DNA of 60,844 nt, counting the filler. It is 8 parts of 8 records of this genome, joined end to end, with 100 filler letters (N's around TTAATTAATTAA, not from the genome) between each part and the next. Parts side by side here need not be neighbours in the genome. Positions count along the whole stretch, not along the records: positions 33,988 to 40,182 come from SRR31156797_15464; positions 40,283 to 48,017 come from SRR31156797_15473; positions 48,118 to 53,966 come from SRR31156797_15482; 5 more parts are not named here. The stretch is one strand, 5' to 3'. The notes below the pieces were generated by a model that saw only the letters and a program-made list of their open reading frames with translations, ran no database searches and had not been told where the DNA came from. Each line of letters starts with the position of its first letter. The stretch's first letter is position 1. The position numbers and the translations under genes were made by a program. This document shows positions 39,456 through 48,920 of this stretch, one piece after another.

Positions 39456-40180
39456 AAGAGGGAAAGCCTATAAATTGAATCAGCTATTTCCATTGTTTCC
39501 CCAACGGGCGTAACAACTCCGCAAAACTTAACTTTCTCTTTATAGGTTTCTCTAAGCGCGCGCAATCCCGCAAGGTCTTTTTTACCGATATCACTTTTCC
39601 ACTTACATTCAAATGCATAAAGTCCGCCATCTTTTTCAATTACAATGTCAACTTCTGTTCCTGAAGAAGTTCTCCAATGATAAATATTTGCCGGGATCAT
39701 TCCTGACGATATAACAGCCTTAAATTCCTGAAGAACTCTGCTTTCAAATATTGAGCCTAGAGCCGGATGAGTAAGGAGTGTTTCTTTTGAATGAATTCTT
39801 ATTAGCTGACAGATCAAAGCTGTGTCAAAAAGCGACCCTTTCGGCATTTTTGTTAATCTTTTTATAGCATTTCCGATGTAGGGAGGAGTAACAGAATAGA
39901 TCGAACCTTTTGACAGCCATTCACTCCACCGAACTGCAGTGGGAGAAGAAACTCCGATATCTCTTCCTAACTGGCTCCATTTGATCAGTTGTGAAGATAA
40001 GGGCGCAAGAAGCCCTAAAAAAATTGAAAGTTTTAGCGTGTCAGCTCCTTCATACATTTCGGGAATGTCTCTTTCAACATAGGTTTTTATGTAGCTTTCA
40101 ATGTATGGATTGATAAAAACATCCGGCTTATCAAGAAGTCCGGGAAGACCTCCTCGTATAAGTTCGACGGCTGGTTCGAG
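39452..40180 (-). CDS. AAA ATPase with DUF4143-like C-terminus (5' truncated)
   Basis: RGGLPG, YIKTYVERDI, KRLTKMPK, GSIFE, EVDIV..AFECK. Confidence 0.88.
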   Translation of the reverse strand, partial: LEPAVELIRGGLPGLLDKPDVFINPYIESYIKTYVERDIPEMYEGADTLKLSIFLGLLAPLSSQLIKWSQLGRDIGVSSPTAVRWSEWLSKGSIYSVTPPYIGNAIKRLTKMPKGSLFDTALICQLIRIHSKETLLTHPALGSIFESRVLQEFKAVISSGMIPANIYHWRTSSGTEVDIVIEKDGGLYAFECKWKSDIGKKDLAGLRALRETYKEKVKFCGVVTPVGETMEIADSIYRLSLF

Positions 40181-40282
40181 TCNNNNNNNNNNNNNNNNNN
40201 NNNNNNNNNNNNNNNNNNNNNNNNNNTTAATTAATTAANNNNNNNNNNNNNNNNNNNNNNNNNNNNNNNNNNNNNNNNNNNN

Positions 40283-40312
40283 TAGCGTGTCTACCAATTT
40301 CACCATCCAGGC
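40283..40312 (-). tRNA. tRNA-Leu, 5' part only (cut by contig end, anticodon not visible)
   Basis: Reverse complement GCCTGGATGGTGAAATTGGTAGACACGCTA has the acceptor stem and D-arm typical of tRNA-Leu. Confidence 0.8.
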
Positions 40313-40325
40313 GGATAGTGATGCC

Positions 40326-40354
40326 AGTATAGTTAGGCTTGTTTTTTTTGTCAA
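40326..40354 (-). promoter_or_regulatory. Sigma-70 promoter of the tRNA
   Basis: TTGACA-17bp-TATACT on the minus strand, 13 nt upstream of the tRNA. Confidence 0.85.
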
Positions 40355-40416
40355 CATCCTGCCCAAAGACCCTCCGGTCATTGTTATCCTTGAAGATTTT
40401 CAGTACCTTATGAAGC

Positions 40417-41229
40417 ATGAAAGTTCTGTTCATCGGAGAGATCGTCAGCAAGGCCGGAGTCTTTACCGTAAAGAAACTGCTGCCTGTCCTGAGGGAAGAA
40501 AAGGGCATTGATTTCGTCATTGCCAACGGTAACGGAGTTACCGGAGGATTCGGGATGGGTAAGAACCACTCCCTCTATCTGAAAAAGCTGGGAATCAACG
40601 CCATCAGTTCCGGTGAATGCGTCTACTATAAGAAAGATATGGTGACCTTTATACCCAAGGCTTCCTTTTTGCTGAGACCCGCCAACTATCCCCCCGGTAG
40701 CCCCGGAAGAGGATGGAGCGTGTATAGCGCCGGAGAGAAAAAGATCGCCGTGATCAATCTGCTGGGACAGTCCGGCTACCAGAGGATCCACCTTTCCAAT
40801 CCCTTTTCCTATGTGACCGAACTGATCAACAGGGTTAAGGATTCGGCTGACCATATAATCGTGAATTTTCATGCCACCACAACGGCGGAAAAGCAGACCA
40901 TGGCCCACATTGTGGACGGACAGGTCAGCGCCATGATCGGCACGGGGACTAAGGCCCTGACCGCCGATGCCGTCGTTATGAAGGGGGGCACGGCCGTTAT
41001 TACGGATGCGGGACGCTGCGGCAGTCTGAATTCCGTAGGCGGTTTGGCTCCCGAAATCGAGATCAAGAAATTTTTAACCCAGATACCTGAGCGGTCACAA
41101 GACGCCTGGGGCGATCTGGAGCTTCAGGGTGTCGTCCTGGATCTGAGCGAAGACGGAAAGGCCGAGGCAATAGAAACCCTGAGAGTACCATGTCTGGAGA
41201 AACCTAATGATACAACCGGCAATAGTTGA
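40417..41229 (+). CDS. ymdB: YmdB/TIGR00282-family metallophosphoesterase homolog (degenerate active site)
   Basis: VLFIGEIV, LRPANYP..PGRG, VINLLG, FHATTTAEK, ITDAG. Confidence 0.8.
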   Translation: MKVLFIGEIVSKAGVFTVKKLLPVLREEKGIDFVIANGNGVTGGFGMGKNHSLYLKKLGINAISSGECVYYKKDMVTFIPKASFLLRPANYPPGSPGRGWSVYSAGEKKIAVINLLGQSGYQRIHLSNPFSYVTELINRVKDSADHIIVNFHATTTAEKQTMAHIVDGQVSAMIGTGTKALTADAVVMKGGTAVITDAGRCGSLNSVGGLAPEIEIKKFLTQIPERSQDAWGDLELQGVVLDLSEDGKAEAIETLRVPCLEKPNDTTGNS

Positions 41230-41674
41230 AGAGATACAGAACGACGGATCCGTACTGGTTCGCTATCCCAATCCCAAGGCTGAAAAGTCACAGACTTCCC
41301 GCTCCTTCTGGAAGGTGAGGGAACGAAGCTTTCCCGTGGATAATCCTGAAAACATAGAGGTCAATCCGAAAGAGCTTGTGGAGATAGAAGTAGAGCCTTC
41401 GGGGGCTATCAAGGCGGCCTTTATGATCTTCATGCTGCCTTTGCTGGGCTTTCTTGCCTTTTACGGCTCTGGAACGCTTCTCATCAAGTCGGAGGGGCTG
41501 TTGTTTCTGTTGGGTGTTCTGGGATTCGCCTGCGGAATGGGTGTGAACATCCTTGTCAGAAAGTTCAATGGGCAGGGAAAGCTGCCTGTTCTCAAAAGAA
41601 GAATGTCCATAGAGGATATCAAGGAATTCAAAAGCGCCCATGACGCCTGTAAAGGCTGTAAGGGCTGCGGCTGA
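41207..41674 (+). CDS. RseC/MucC-like membrane protein
   Basis: OB-like N-terminus, AAFMIFMLPL, two TM helices, C-terminal CKGCKGC. Confidence 0.6.
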   Translation: MIQPAIVEEIQNDGSVLVRYPNPKAEKSQTSRSFWKVRERSFPVDNPENIEVNPKELVEIEVEPSGAIKAAFMIFMLPLLGFLAFYGSGTLLIKSEGLLFLLGVLGFACGMGVNILVRKFNGQGKLPVLKRRMSIEDIKEFKSAHDACKGCKGCG

Positions 41675-41684
41675 TATCCAGCTG

Positions 41685-41714
41685 AGAATGAGTCGCATCG
41701 CCGCGACTCATTCT
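41685..41714. terminator. Hairpin between convergent genes
   Basis: AGAATGAGTCGC-ATCGCC-GCGACTCATTCT, 12-bp stem. Confidence 0.75.
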
Positions 41715-42847
41715 TAACGCGCCAGTTCGCTGATGGTATTCGCCATGTCGTTCAGGGACACGACCTTACGGATATAGTTGTTTTCAACGGCCACCCGGGG
41801 CATACCGTAGACGATGCAGGAGTCCTGGTCCTGGGCGATGGTCATCCCCCCCTCGCCGTACACCTTTCCGATCTCCCTGGCTCCGTCCTTTCCCATCCCC
41901 GTCATAATAACGGCCAGGGATTTGTTGCCGTAGTTTTCCGCGACCGAATCGAAGAGCACCCCCGCTGAGGGTTTGTGTCCGTTTACCAGTTCCGTATCCT
42001 GCAGACGGATGATGGAAGCCAGAGACTTCTTTTCAATCGCTATATGAGCGTCCCCCGGGGCGATCAAAATCCTTCCCGCCTTGATGATATCCCCCTCTGA
42101 GGCCTCTTTTACCTCAAGAGGACATACCCTGTCCAGGCTGGCAGCGAATTCCTTTGTAAAACCGGCGGGCATGTGCTGAACCACCAGTATGGGCACCGAA
42201 AGGCCCGGATCTATCTCGGCGAATACCTTTCTCAGAGCGTTAGGTCCCCCTGTGGAGATACCGATGGCGATGATATCCGGCTTATCCGGCTCCCGCCGGG
42301 GGGTGACCTTATCCCAGCTTTGTGAGGAACTCACTGGCCTGGAGCTGAGGGGTCTCCTGCTATCCCGCTGGGGCCTGGGAGCCTGGGGTGAAGAGATGTA
42401 ATCGAATTGGGGGACCGTATCGCCCTTCTTTTTTCTATAATCGCTTCCGTAGGCCTTCAGGAGGGATACCAGCTGGCTGCCCACCTGCTCCAGTTCGTCC
42501 GGGCTGGAGCCGCTGGGCTTGGTTATGAAGTCCGAGGCGCCCAGAGCCAGAGCCTCCATGGTGATTTTGGCTCCCTTGGTCGCGATGGATGACAGGATGA
42601 CCACGGGGATCTGCGAGTTCTTGGATTGGAGCTCCTTGAGAAAATCGATTCCGTTCATCTCGGGCATTTCCAGGTCCAGCACGATCACATCGGGGTTGAT
42701 CCGGGGCAGTTTGTTCAGGCCGAAGCGGCCGTTCATGGCCGTTCCCCCTACCTTTAGGTTGTCATCCTTTTCTATGAGCTTTGTTATAATGTTTCTCATC
42801 AGCGCCGAATCATCGACGACCAGTACAGTTATCTTATTATCTGACAC
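41714..42847 (-). CDS. cheB: Chemotaxis methylesterase CheB (REC + esterase)
   Basis: VVDDS, LDLEMP; ISTGG, VQHMP, TGMGKDG; GTG start. Confidence 0.96.
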   Translation of the reverse strand: MSDNKITVLVVDDSALMRNIITKLIEKDDNLKVGGTAMNGRFGLNKLPRINPDVIVLDLEMPEMNGIDFLKELQSKNSQIPVVILSSIATKGAKITMEALALGASDFITKPSGSSPDELEQVGSQLVSLLKAYGSDYRKKKGDTVPQFDYISSPQAPRPQRDSRRPLSSRPVSSSQSWDKVTPRREPDKPDIIAIGISTGGPNALRKVFAEIDPGLSVPILVVQHMPAGFTKEFAASLDRVCPLEVKEASEGDIIKAGRILIAPGDAHIAIEKKSLASIIRLQDTELVNGHKPSAGVLFDSVAENYGNKSLAVIMTGMGKDGAREIGKVYGEGGMTIAQDQDSCIVYGMPRVAVENNYIRKVVSLNDMANTISELAR

Positions 42848-42858
42848 AAATTCCCTCT

Positions 42859-43677
42859 TTAGCTTTGAATCTTGCCGTAAATGCATGCCCAATCTGTCTT
42901 GATGAACTTGAACTGTGTGTCCATCCCGAACAGAGACTCCGAATGCCCTATGAACAGGTAGGAGTGGGGGCCCATGGCGTTCCAGAAGTTATCGATGACA
43001 TTCTTCTGGGCAGGCTCGTCAAAATAGATCAAAACGTTCCTGCAGAAGACGATGTCCAGGTTCCTCAGATTGCTGCCGAATTTCAGGTTATGATAATCGA
43101 ACTTGATCAGATTACCAATCTCCGGTTTGATTCTGTAGCCCTTTTCCTCTTCGGTGAAGTACTTGTTCAGATAGTTGTCTGGTATCCCGGTCACCCGGCT
43201 TTTCATATAGAAGCCTTCTTTAGCCTTCATCAGTGATTTCAGGCTCAGATCGGAGGCTGTCATGTCGATCTGGAAATCGGGAGGAAGATGCTCTTTCAAT
43301 ACCATGGCGTTGGTATAGGGTTCCTCCCCGGTGGAACATCCGGCGCTCCATATGGATATCTTTTTCTCTCCCCTCTTCCGTTTCTGCTCTACCAGGTCGG
43401 GTATGACGTAGTTGATAAAAGTATCGTAGTGGGCCTGGTTCCTGAAAAAACGGGTAAGGTTGGTGGTAACCGAATCCAGAAAGCTTTTCAGCTCGCCTTC
43501 GCTGGTCGTCAGGGCCGTGTAGTACCTTTGAACACTGTCCAGTTCCAGTTGTTTCAGACGTTCCTTGAGGCGGCTTTCGAGGATAGTTCTGTTTGAATCT
43601 GAGAAGTGTATTCCGCTTTCGTTATAGATAAGATCCCTGATTTTCTGGAAATCAGAGTCATTCAGAAAGTCTGACAT
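42859..43677 (-). CDS. cheR: Chemotaxis methyltransferase CheR
   Basis: TTNLTRFFRN, WSAGCSTGEEPY, FCRNVLIYF, GHSESL. Confidence 0.97.
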   Translation of the reverse strand: MSDFLNDSDFQKIRDLIYNESGIHFSDSNRTILESRLKERLKQLELDSVQRYYTALTTSEGELKSFLDSVTTNLTRFFRNQAHYDTFINYVIPDLVEQKRKRGEKKISIWSAGCSTGEEPYTNAMVLKEHLPPDFQIDMTASDLSLKSLMKAKEGFYMKSRVTGIPDNYLNKYFTEEEKGYRIKPEIGNLIKFDYHNLKFGSNLRNLDIVFCRNVLIYFDEPAQKNVIDNFWNAMGPHSYLFIGHSESLFGMDTQFKFIKTDWACIYGKIQS

Positions 43678-43811
43678 ATAGTATCCGTCCTTTTGGCTTA
43701 TATATGAGTCTAATTCCCTGACTTTGCAGCTGTCAATAATATATAAAAAAATGAGTACTGTTGAGTACTTTAAATTGTTGATTTCATGTAGAACTTCGTG
43801 TTTTTTTCAGA

Positions 43812-43840
43812 TTGACACGATATGTGGATAAACCGATAAT
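43812..43840 (+). promoter_or_regulatory. Sigma-70 promoter of lptC with a DnaA-box match in the spacer
   Basis: TTGACA-17bp-GATAAT; TGTGGATAA at 43823-43831. Confidence 0.6.
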
Positions 43841-43849
43841 TTTCTCAGA

Positions 43850-44398
43850 ATGTTAATTTATATGATTTCCCTTCTGGTTTTGACCTTATCGGCCTGTTCT
43901 CTGGACTATGAGGATTCCATGGCCGAGACTCTCGATGAATCCATCCCCACCTCTCGCTTGTTCGAGGTCAAGCGCGTGCAGGTTCAGGGCGGGCAGCCCA
44001 AGGTGAGTTTTGAGGCGGATGAAGCGGTCGTCTGGGAGAAGAGGGAGCAGACCGAGTTGTTTGAGTTCGTGTTCAATGAATTCGATGAGGAGAGGATTGT
44101 TATAACCACGGGGGAGGCGGACTATCTTCTGATCAGCGACAGCAATGATGCCGAGATCTCCGGAGACATATACGGTTACTCATCCCGGAATGAGTCATCC
44201 ATCCGGGCGGAGAGTCTGAATTGGCTGGATGAGACGAGGGAGCTGAGCAGCGGCGGAGATTCGCAGGTGACCATTGAGATGGACAACGGATCCGTTATGG
44301 AAGGCCGCGGCTTCAAGGCCGATATGTATACCAATACCACCAGCTTCGAGTCCGGTATCGGCGGAGTCCTGGAATCGGGATCGGAGGATGACGAGTGA
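43850..44398 (+). CDS. lptC: LPS export periplasmic protein LptC-like (lipoprotein)
   Basis: LSAC lipobox, beta-jellyroll-like sequence, position before lptA/lptB. Confidence 0.75.
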   Translation: MLIYMISLLVLTLSACSLDYEDSMAETLDESIPTSRLFEVKRVQVQGGQPKVSFEADEAVVWEKREQTELFEFVFNEFDEERIVITTGEADYLLISDSNDAEISGDIYGYSSRNESSIRAESLNWLDETRELSSGGDSQVTIEMDNGSVMEGRGFKADMYTNTTSFESGIGGVLESGSEDDE

Positions 44399-45147
44399 AG
44401 CATCGGGCCCTTCTCTTTGCATTGCTAGGCTGTCTGGCCGCTCCTCTGTTCGCCGAACAGTACCGCTTTTCGGGAGACTCTCTGAAGAGCGTCATGGCCG
44501 AAGGAAAGGAGAAAACGGTTCTGCTGGGGAGCGTTCTTGTCCAGTCGGAGAAGAAAAAGATTCAGGCCGACAGGGTCGAGATCCTGGGAAAGGACTTTCA
44601 GTACTTCATCTGCGAGGGAAACGTGGTCGTACAGGATCTGGAGAAGGACTTTACCCTCAGTTCGGATCTCTTCCATTACGACAATGATAAAAGGATCATC
44701 AGGATAAACGGACCGTCTGTGATGGAGGACCGGGAGAATGAGCTGATCATCAAATGCGGCTTTCTGGAAAACAGGGAGAACGAGGAGCTGATCATCCTGC
44801 AGCAGGGGGTCCGGATACTGAAGGAAGACCTGGCCTGCCGCAGTGAGTTCGCCGTTTACCGCAGGGATACCAACATGCTGGAGCTGAGTGGCCTGCCCGT
44901 CGTCTATCGAAAGGACGATGTGTTCCGGGCGGCCCGTATAACCGTTGATCTGGACACGGATGAGATACGGATGGTGGGAGAGGTTCAGGGATCTCTGTTG
45001 TCCAGGGATCCGGAAGAGTCCTCCGACGGGGATGCCGAGTCCGAAGTGCCTGCTGATACTGCTGATTCGGAGGAGCAGTTAAAGCCAGATGAGCCGGAAG
45101 AGGCCCCGTCCGATTCTTCAGACCAGAAAGGAGCCTCCCATGAGTGA
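44395..45147 (+). CDS. lptA: LptA/OstA-family protein
   Basis: Signal peptide, IQADRV, GNVVV, LSGLPVV; operon context. Confidence 0.8.
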   Translation: MKHRALLFALLGCLAAPLFAEQYRFSGDSLKSVMAEGKEKTVLLGSVLVQSEKKKIQADRVEILGKDFQYFICEGNVVVQDLEKDFTLSSDLFHYDNDKRIIRINGPSVMEDRENELIIKCGFLENRENEELIILQQGVRILKEDLACRSEFAVYRRDTNMLELSGLPVVYRKDDVFRAARITVDLDTDEIRMVGEVQGSLLSRDPEESSDGDAESEVPADTADSEEQLKPDEPEEAPSDSSDQKGASHE

Positions 45148-45883
45148 TCATTCCGCAACCTCCTCCTTAGGAGTGGACGGCGTCAAAAAAGTTTACGGAA
45201 AGAAGACAGCCGTAAAGACCATGAGCTTTTCCATGCATCAGGGAGAGATCGTCGGCCTTCTCGGACCGAACGGCGCCGGAAAGACCACCTGTTTCTATAT
45301 GATAGCCGGGTTTATCAAGGCGACGGCCGGGCGCATCCTTATGGACGAAACGGACATCACTCACGAACCCATGTTCAAACGATCCCGCCTGGGGATCTCC
45401 TATCTGCCCCAGGAGCCGTCGGTGTTCCGGAAGCTTACGGTGGAGAACAATATCTGGGCCATACTGGAAACCCGCAGGGATCTGACAAAGGATGAGAAAA
45501 GGGAAAAGATGGAGATGCTCATCAAGGATCTGGGAGTGGAGAAGGTACGGAAGCAGAAGGCCTTCACCCTCTCCGGGGGAGAGCGGAGGCGGACGGAGAT
45601 CGCCCGGGCCCTCGCCACCGATCCCCGCTTCCTGCTGCTGGACGAACCCTTTGCCGGGATCGATCCCATCGCGGTTTATGAGATTAAGAAGATCATCGAG
45701 CAGCTTTCGGGCAGGGGTATCGGCATACTGATTACGGATCATAACGTGAGGGATACCTTTGAGATTACCCATCGCTCCTATATCTGCAACCTGGGAGAGA
45801 TCATCGTCAGCGGCAGCAAGGAAGAGCTGCTGGGCAGCGAGCTTGCCCGAACCATCTATCTGGGCAAAGATTTTTCCATGTAG
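45140..45883 (+). CDS. lptB: LPS export ABC ATPase LptB
   Basis: GPNGAGKTT, YLPQEPSVF, LSGGERRR, DEPFAGIDP, ITDHNVRDT, YLG. Confidence 0.95.
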   Translation: MSDHSATSSLGVDGVKKVYGKKTAVKTMSFSMHQGEIVGLLGPNGAGKTTCFYMIAGFIKATAGRILMDETDITHEPMFKRSRLGISYLPQEPSVFRKLTVENNIWAILETRRDLTKDEKREKMEMLIKDLGVEKVRKQKAFTLSGGERRRTEIARALATDPRFLLLDEPFAGIDPIAVYEIKKIIEQLSGRGIGILITDHNVRDTFEITHRSYICNLGEIIVSGSKEELLGSELARTIYLGKDFSM

Positions 45884-45967
45884 GGGCCCGGAGTATGCCG
45901 AGCTTGTAAAATCAGTCAAAAATGATACAATTCTCTTAGTGACGTTACCAGATCGCGGGAGGGAATT

Positions 45968-47338
45968 TTGCAGGTTCAGAGAACCGTAATATCACAGGAA
46001 CAGCGGCTCAAGATGAGCCCTCAGATGTATCAGTCCATACAGCTGATGGCCTTGCCAATTCAGGATCTGAAATTGAAGATCGCTGAAGAAATCGAGAGGA
46101 ATCCGGCTCTGGAGGAGCTTGAAAGGGAGAGGAGCGCCTCCCTCGATGAGGTTCCCGAGAAGAAAAGCGATGACTATGATCCTTTTGAGAATTCCTCGGA
46201 TCCCGGATATCAGAGAAACGATGTCTCCGGTGAAGATACGAAAAGGAAATTTCTGGAAGGCGCCGTCTCCCGTTCCGAATCCCTGCAGGATCATCTTCTC
46301 TGGCAGCTCCATATGACCGTTCTCACGGACGAAGAGATCCGTGTGGGAGAGCTGCTGATCAGCAATCTGGATGGCAACGGCTTTCATATGGAGTCGCCTC
46401 AGGCCATGGTCGCAAAGAATGACCAGCACCTTCTTGAAAAGATGATCCCCCTGATTCAGGAGTTTGATCCCGTTGGGATCTGCGTGGCCGATCACAGGGA
46501 ATCCCTCCTCGTTCAGTCCCGCTTCAGAGAGGATATGCCCGAAGAAGTTGAAAGAGTTCTTACAGAATTTATGGAATTACTGGAGAAGGGCAAATATAAT
46601 GAAATTATAAGGCAGCTGAAAATCAGCAGAGAGAGATGGGATGGAATCATGGATTTCTTGAAATCCCTGAATCCCTATCCGGGGAGTCTCTACTCACAGA
46701 GCTCTTATGATTATGTTGTCCCGGATCTGATCGTCCGGAAGAAGGAAGGGGAGTTCGTCATCGTTCTGAACGAAGAGGAGATTCCCGTTCTCCGGATTAA
46801 TTCATTTTTCGAGGATATCCAGGAGGGAGGAGCCGCAGCCGAAGACAGGAAAGTGAAGCAGTTTGTAAACGGGAGAGTCCGCGATGCCCGTTGGTTTATC
46901 GGCACTATCAACCAGAGGAATATGACCCTGCTTAAGACCGCCACGGCGATTCTTGAGTTTCAGAGGGACTTTTTCAGGAGAGGCCCCAAATATCTTAATC
47001 CCCTGACATTGAAGGATGTCGCCGGAGAGATCGGAGTGCATGAAGCCACCGTCTCGCGGATCACCACCAATAAGTACGTACAGACCGAATGGGGCATTTA
47101 CGAACTGAAGCACTTCTTTTCCAACTCCATATCCGGAGCCGGTTCGGCAGGATCCAAGTTCTCCAAAGAGGGCGTGAAGGAGGTGATCAAGGAGATCATC
47201 GCCGAGTCTTCTGGGGAGAAGAAGCTGTCTGATCAGAAGATCTCGGATCTTCTGAGTAAAAAGGGAATTAATATCGCAAGAAGGACGGTGGCAAAGTACA
47301 GGAAAGAACTGGACATCAATTCATCCTTCCGGCGGTAA
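45968..47338 (+). CDS. rpoN: RNA polymerase sigma-54 factor
   Basis: Gln-rich N-terminus, HEATVSR, RpoN box ARRTVAKYR; TTG start. Confidence 0.97.
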   Translation: MQVQRTVISQEQRLKMSPQMYQSIQLMALPIQDLKLKIAEEIERNPALEELERERSASLDEVPEKKSDDYDPFENSSDPGYQRNDVSGEDTKRKFLEGAVSRSESLQDHLLWQLHMTVLTDEEIRVGELLISNLDGNGFHMESPQAMVAKNDQHLLEKMIPLIQEFDPVGICVADHRESLLVQSRFREDMPEEVERVLTEFMELLEKGKYNEIIRQLKISRERWDGIMDFLKSLNPYPGSLYSQSSYDYVVPDLIVRKKEGEFVIVLNEEEIPVLRINSFFEDIQEGGAAAEDRKVKQFVNGRVRDARWFIGTINQRNMTLLKTATAILEFQRDFFRRGPKYLNPLTLKDVAGEIGVHEATVSRITTNKYVQTEWGIYELKHFFSNSISGAGSAGSKFSKEGVKEVIKEIIAESSGEKKLSDQKISDLLSKKGINIARRTVAKYRKELDINSSFRR

Positions 47339-47413
47339 TAATTTAATTTTTCGGTGCCCTCGCCGTTTCTGAATTCTGAAGAGCGGCAGACGTACTTTGA
47401 TGAGGAGGCTTCT

Positions 47414-47707
47414 ATGACAGTAGAGCTTAAAGGTGTTCATTACGACGTATCCGACGGAACTCGCGAGTATGTGGAGAAAAAGCTGAAGAGGCTTAAAAAA
47501 GTGGAGGATTTGATCGTAGATTTCCATATGACCCTTTCAAGAGAAACCCAGGGAACCTATACGGCCTCTGCCGATGCCCATTTCCGCTGGGGACAGAGCA
47601 GCCATATCAAGGCGGATGATAGAAATCTTTTCAAGGCCATCGATCTTATGTTTGATAAGGTCGATCATAAAGTGACTAAGGAGAAAGAGAAGATTCAGGC
47701 CCACTAG
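47414..47707 (+). CDS. hpf: Ribosome hibernation promoting factor (short HPF/RaiA)
   Basis: MTVELKGVHYDVSDGTREYVEKKL..AIDLMFDK; GAGGAGG RBS; follows rpoN. Confidence 0.9.
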   Translation: MTVELKGVHYDVSDGTREYVEKKLKRLKKVEDLIVDFHMTLSRETQGTYTASADAHFRWGQSSHIKADDRNLFKAIDLMFDKVDHKVTKEKEKIQAH

Positions 47708-47737
47708 TTTCAGGGCCTTGAATTTTAATTGATTGAC

Positions 47738-47773
47738 AGGGGTTCCCTCCGGATTCGGAGAGAACCCTTTTTT
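47738..47773 (+). terminator. Intrinsic terminator after hpf
   Basis: GGGTTCCCTCCG-GATT-CGGAGAGAACCC followed by a T-run. Confidence 0.8.
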
Positions 47774-47886
47774 GTTGTAAAGGTCCGTTGGCGAATTGTC
47801 TTCATTCGCTAAAAAGAACTGGAATTTTCATTAAAAAACCGCTAAAATCTAGACTCCGGAAGGTAATACTCAGGCAGGAATAGGAT

Positions 47887-48017
47887 ATGAAGCGATTTAC
47901 CGTACTGGATCTCCTGGATCTGGATCTGCATGATTACAACGCGCTGCAGCTCAGATGTCTGGCAGGGCGCAAGGGACTGGTCAAAGAGATCGATCATATG
48001 GATCTTAACCGTCCGGG
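47887..48017 (+). CDS. hprK: HPr kinase/phosphorylase N-terminus (3' truncated)
   Basis: LAGRKGL..DLNRPG motif; usual position after rpoN-hpf. Confidence 0.8.
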
Positions 48018-48117
48018 NNNNNNNNNNNNNNNNNNNNNNNNNNNNNNNNNNNNNNNNNNNNTTAATTAATTAANNNNNNNNNNNNNNNNNNNNNNNNNNN
48101 NNNNNNNNNNNNNNNNN

Positions 48118-48558
48118 ACGCTCTTTTGCACGTGCTTTTTCTTCATCACGACGACCACCGCCCATAGCACAATCCACTTGCAAATCTTCTAATCCATCAA
48201 GTAAGGTTACCGTTTGTAATTTATTTCTACTAGCATCAAAACCAGTTTCTTCAATTGCCTTACCCTGATCAATTGAATCTTGTACGTAACGAACGATTAT
48301 ACGAGTTCCGGTTTCCTCCATCAGCTCATCACGAAACTGAATTGTTTCAGGAAAGTTATGCCCTGTATCTACGTGCATTAAAGCAAAAGGAACCTTTGCT
48401 GGTGCAAAAGCCTTACGCGCCAAATGAAACATGATAATTGAGTCCTTTCCTCCTGAAAATAACATCACAGGGTTTTCAAATTGAGCAGCAACTTCACGAA
48501 TCACGAAAATAGATTCCGCTTCAAGTTCTCTTAAGTGATTTATATTGTATTCCTTCAT
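48118..48558 (-). CDS. cysD: Sulfate adenylyltransferase subunit 2 (3' truncated)
   Basis: LEAESI, FSGGKDS, HVDTGHNF, GGGRRDEEKARAKER. Confidence 0.95.
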
Positions 48559-48803
48559 TCGAAAAAAATTTATTTACTTCATAACAGGCTTCAAGCCCAA
48601 TATACTTATCCAATTTTAGCTAGTAATTAACTGTTCTTAGCTTTTTAAAAATTAGATTCACACTTCTATTACCGATTCCTCGGGAGGCAATTTCAAAGAT
48701 TTCTATCAGATAAAAGTTTTACATTCACCACTACCAGCCTTCTAAGTCATTACCAATACTGTTTCTATCCTTAAAATCTCTTCAAGTTTTAGAAAATTAA
48801 GGG

Positions 48804-48811
48804 CAAATGTA
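48804..48811 (-). promoter_or_regulatory. Bacteroidetes-type -7 promoter element upstream of cysD
   Basis: TACATTTG matches TAnnTTTG; a similar TATCTTTG lies upstream of fabI at 49788-49795. Confidence 0.5.
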
Positions 48812-48868
48812 CATATTATCGTTAGATTTTAAAAATCAATTATATCTATAAAGATTAAGATTTTTCGC

Positions 48869-48901
48869 AAAAAAAAATCCAGATTTTTCAATCTGGATTT
48901 T
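48869..48901 (-). terminator. Intrinsic terminator after fabI
   Basis: AAAATCCAGATT / AATCTGGATTTT stem with a T-run on the minus strand. Confidence 0.8.
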
Positions 48902-48920
48902 AAGATAATATGTTTGAATA

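Noticed and set aside
48559-48800. SAM riboswitch upstream of cysD
   Set aside because: The SAM-I core elements (ATC.AGAG, GCAACC, GTGC) are not present on the coding strand.
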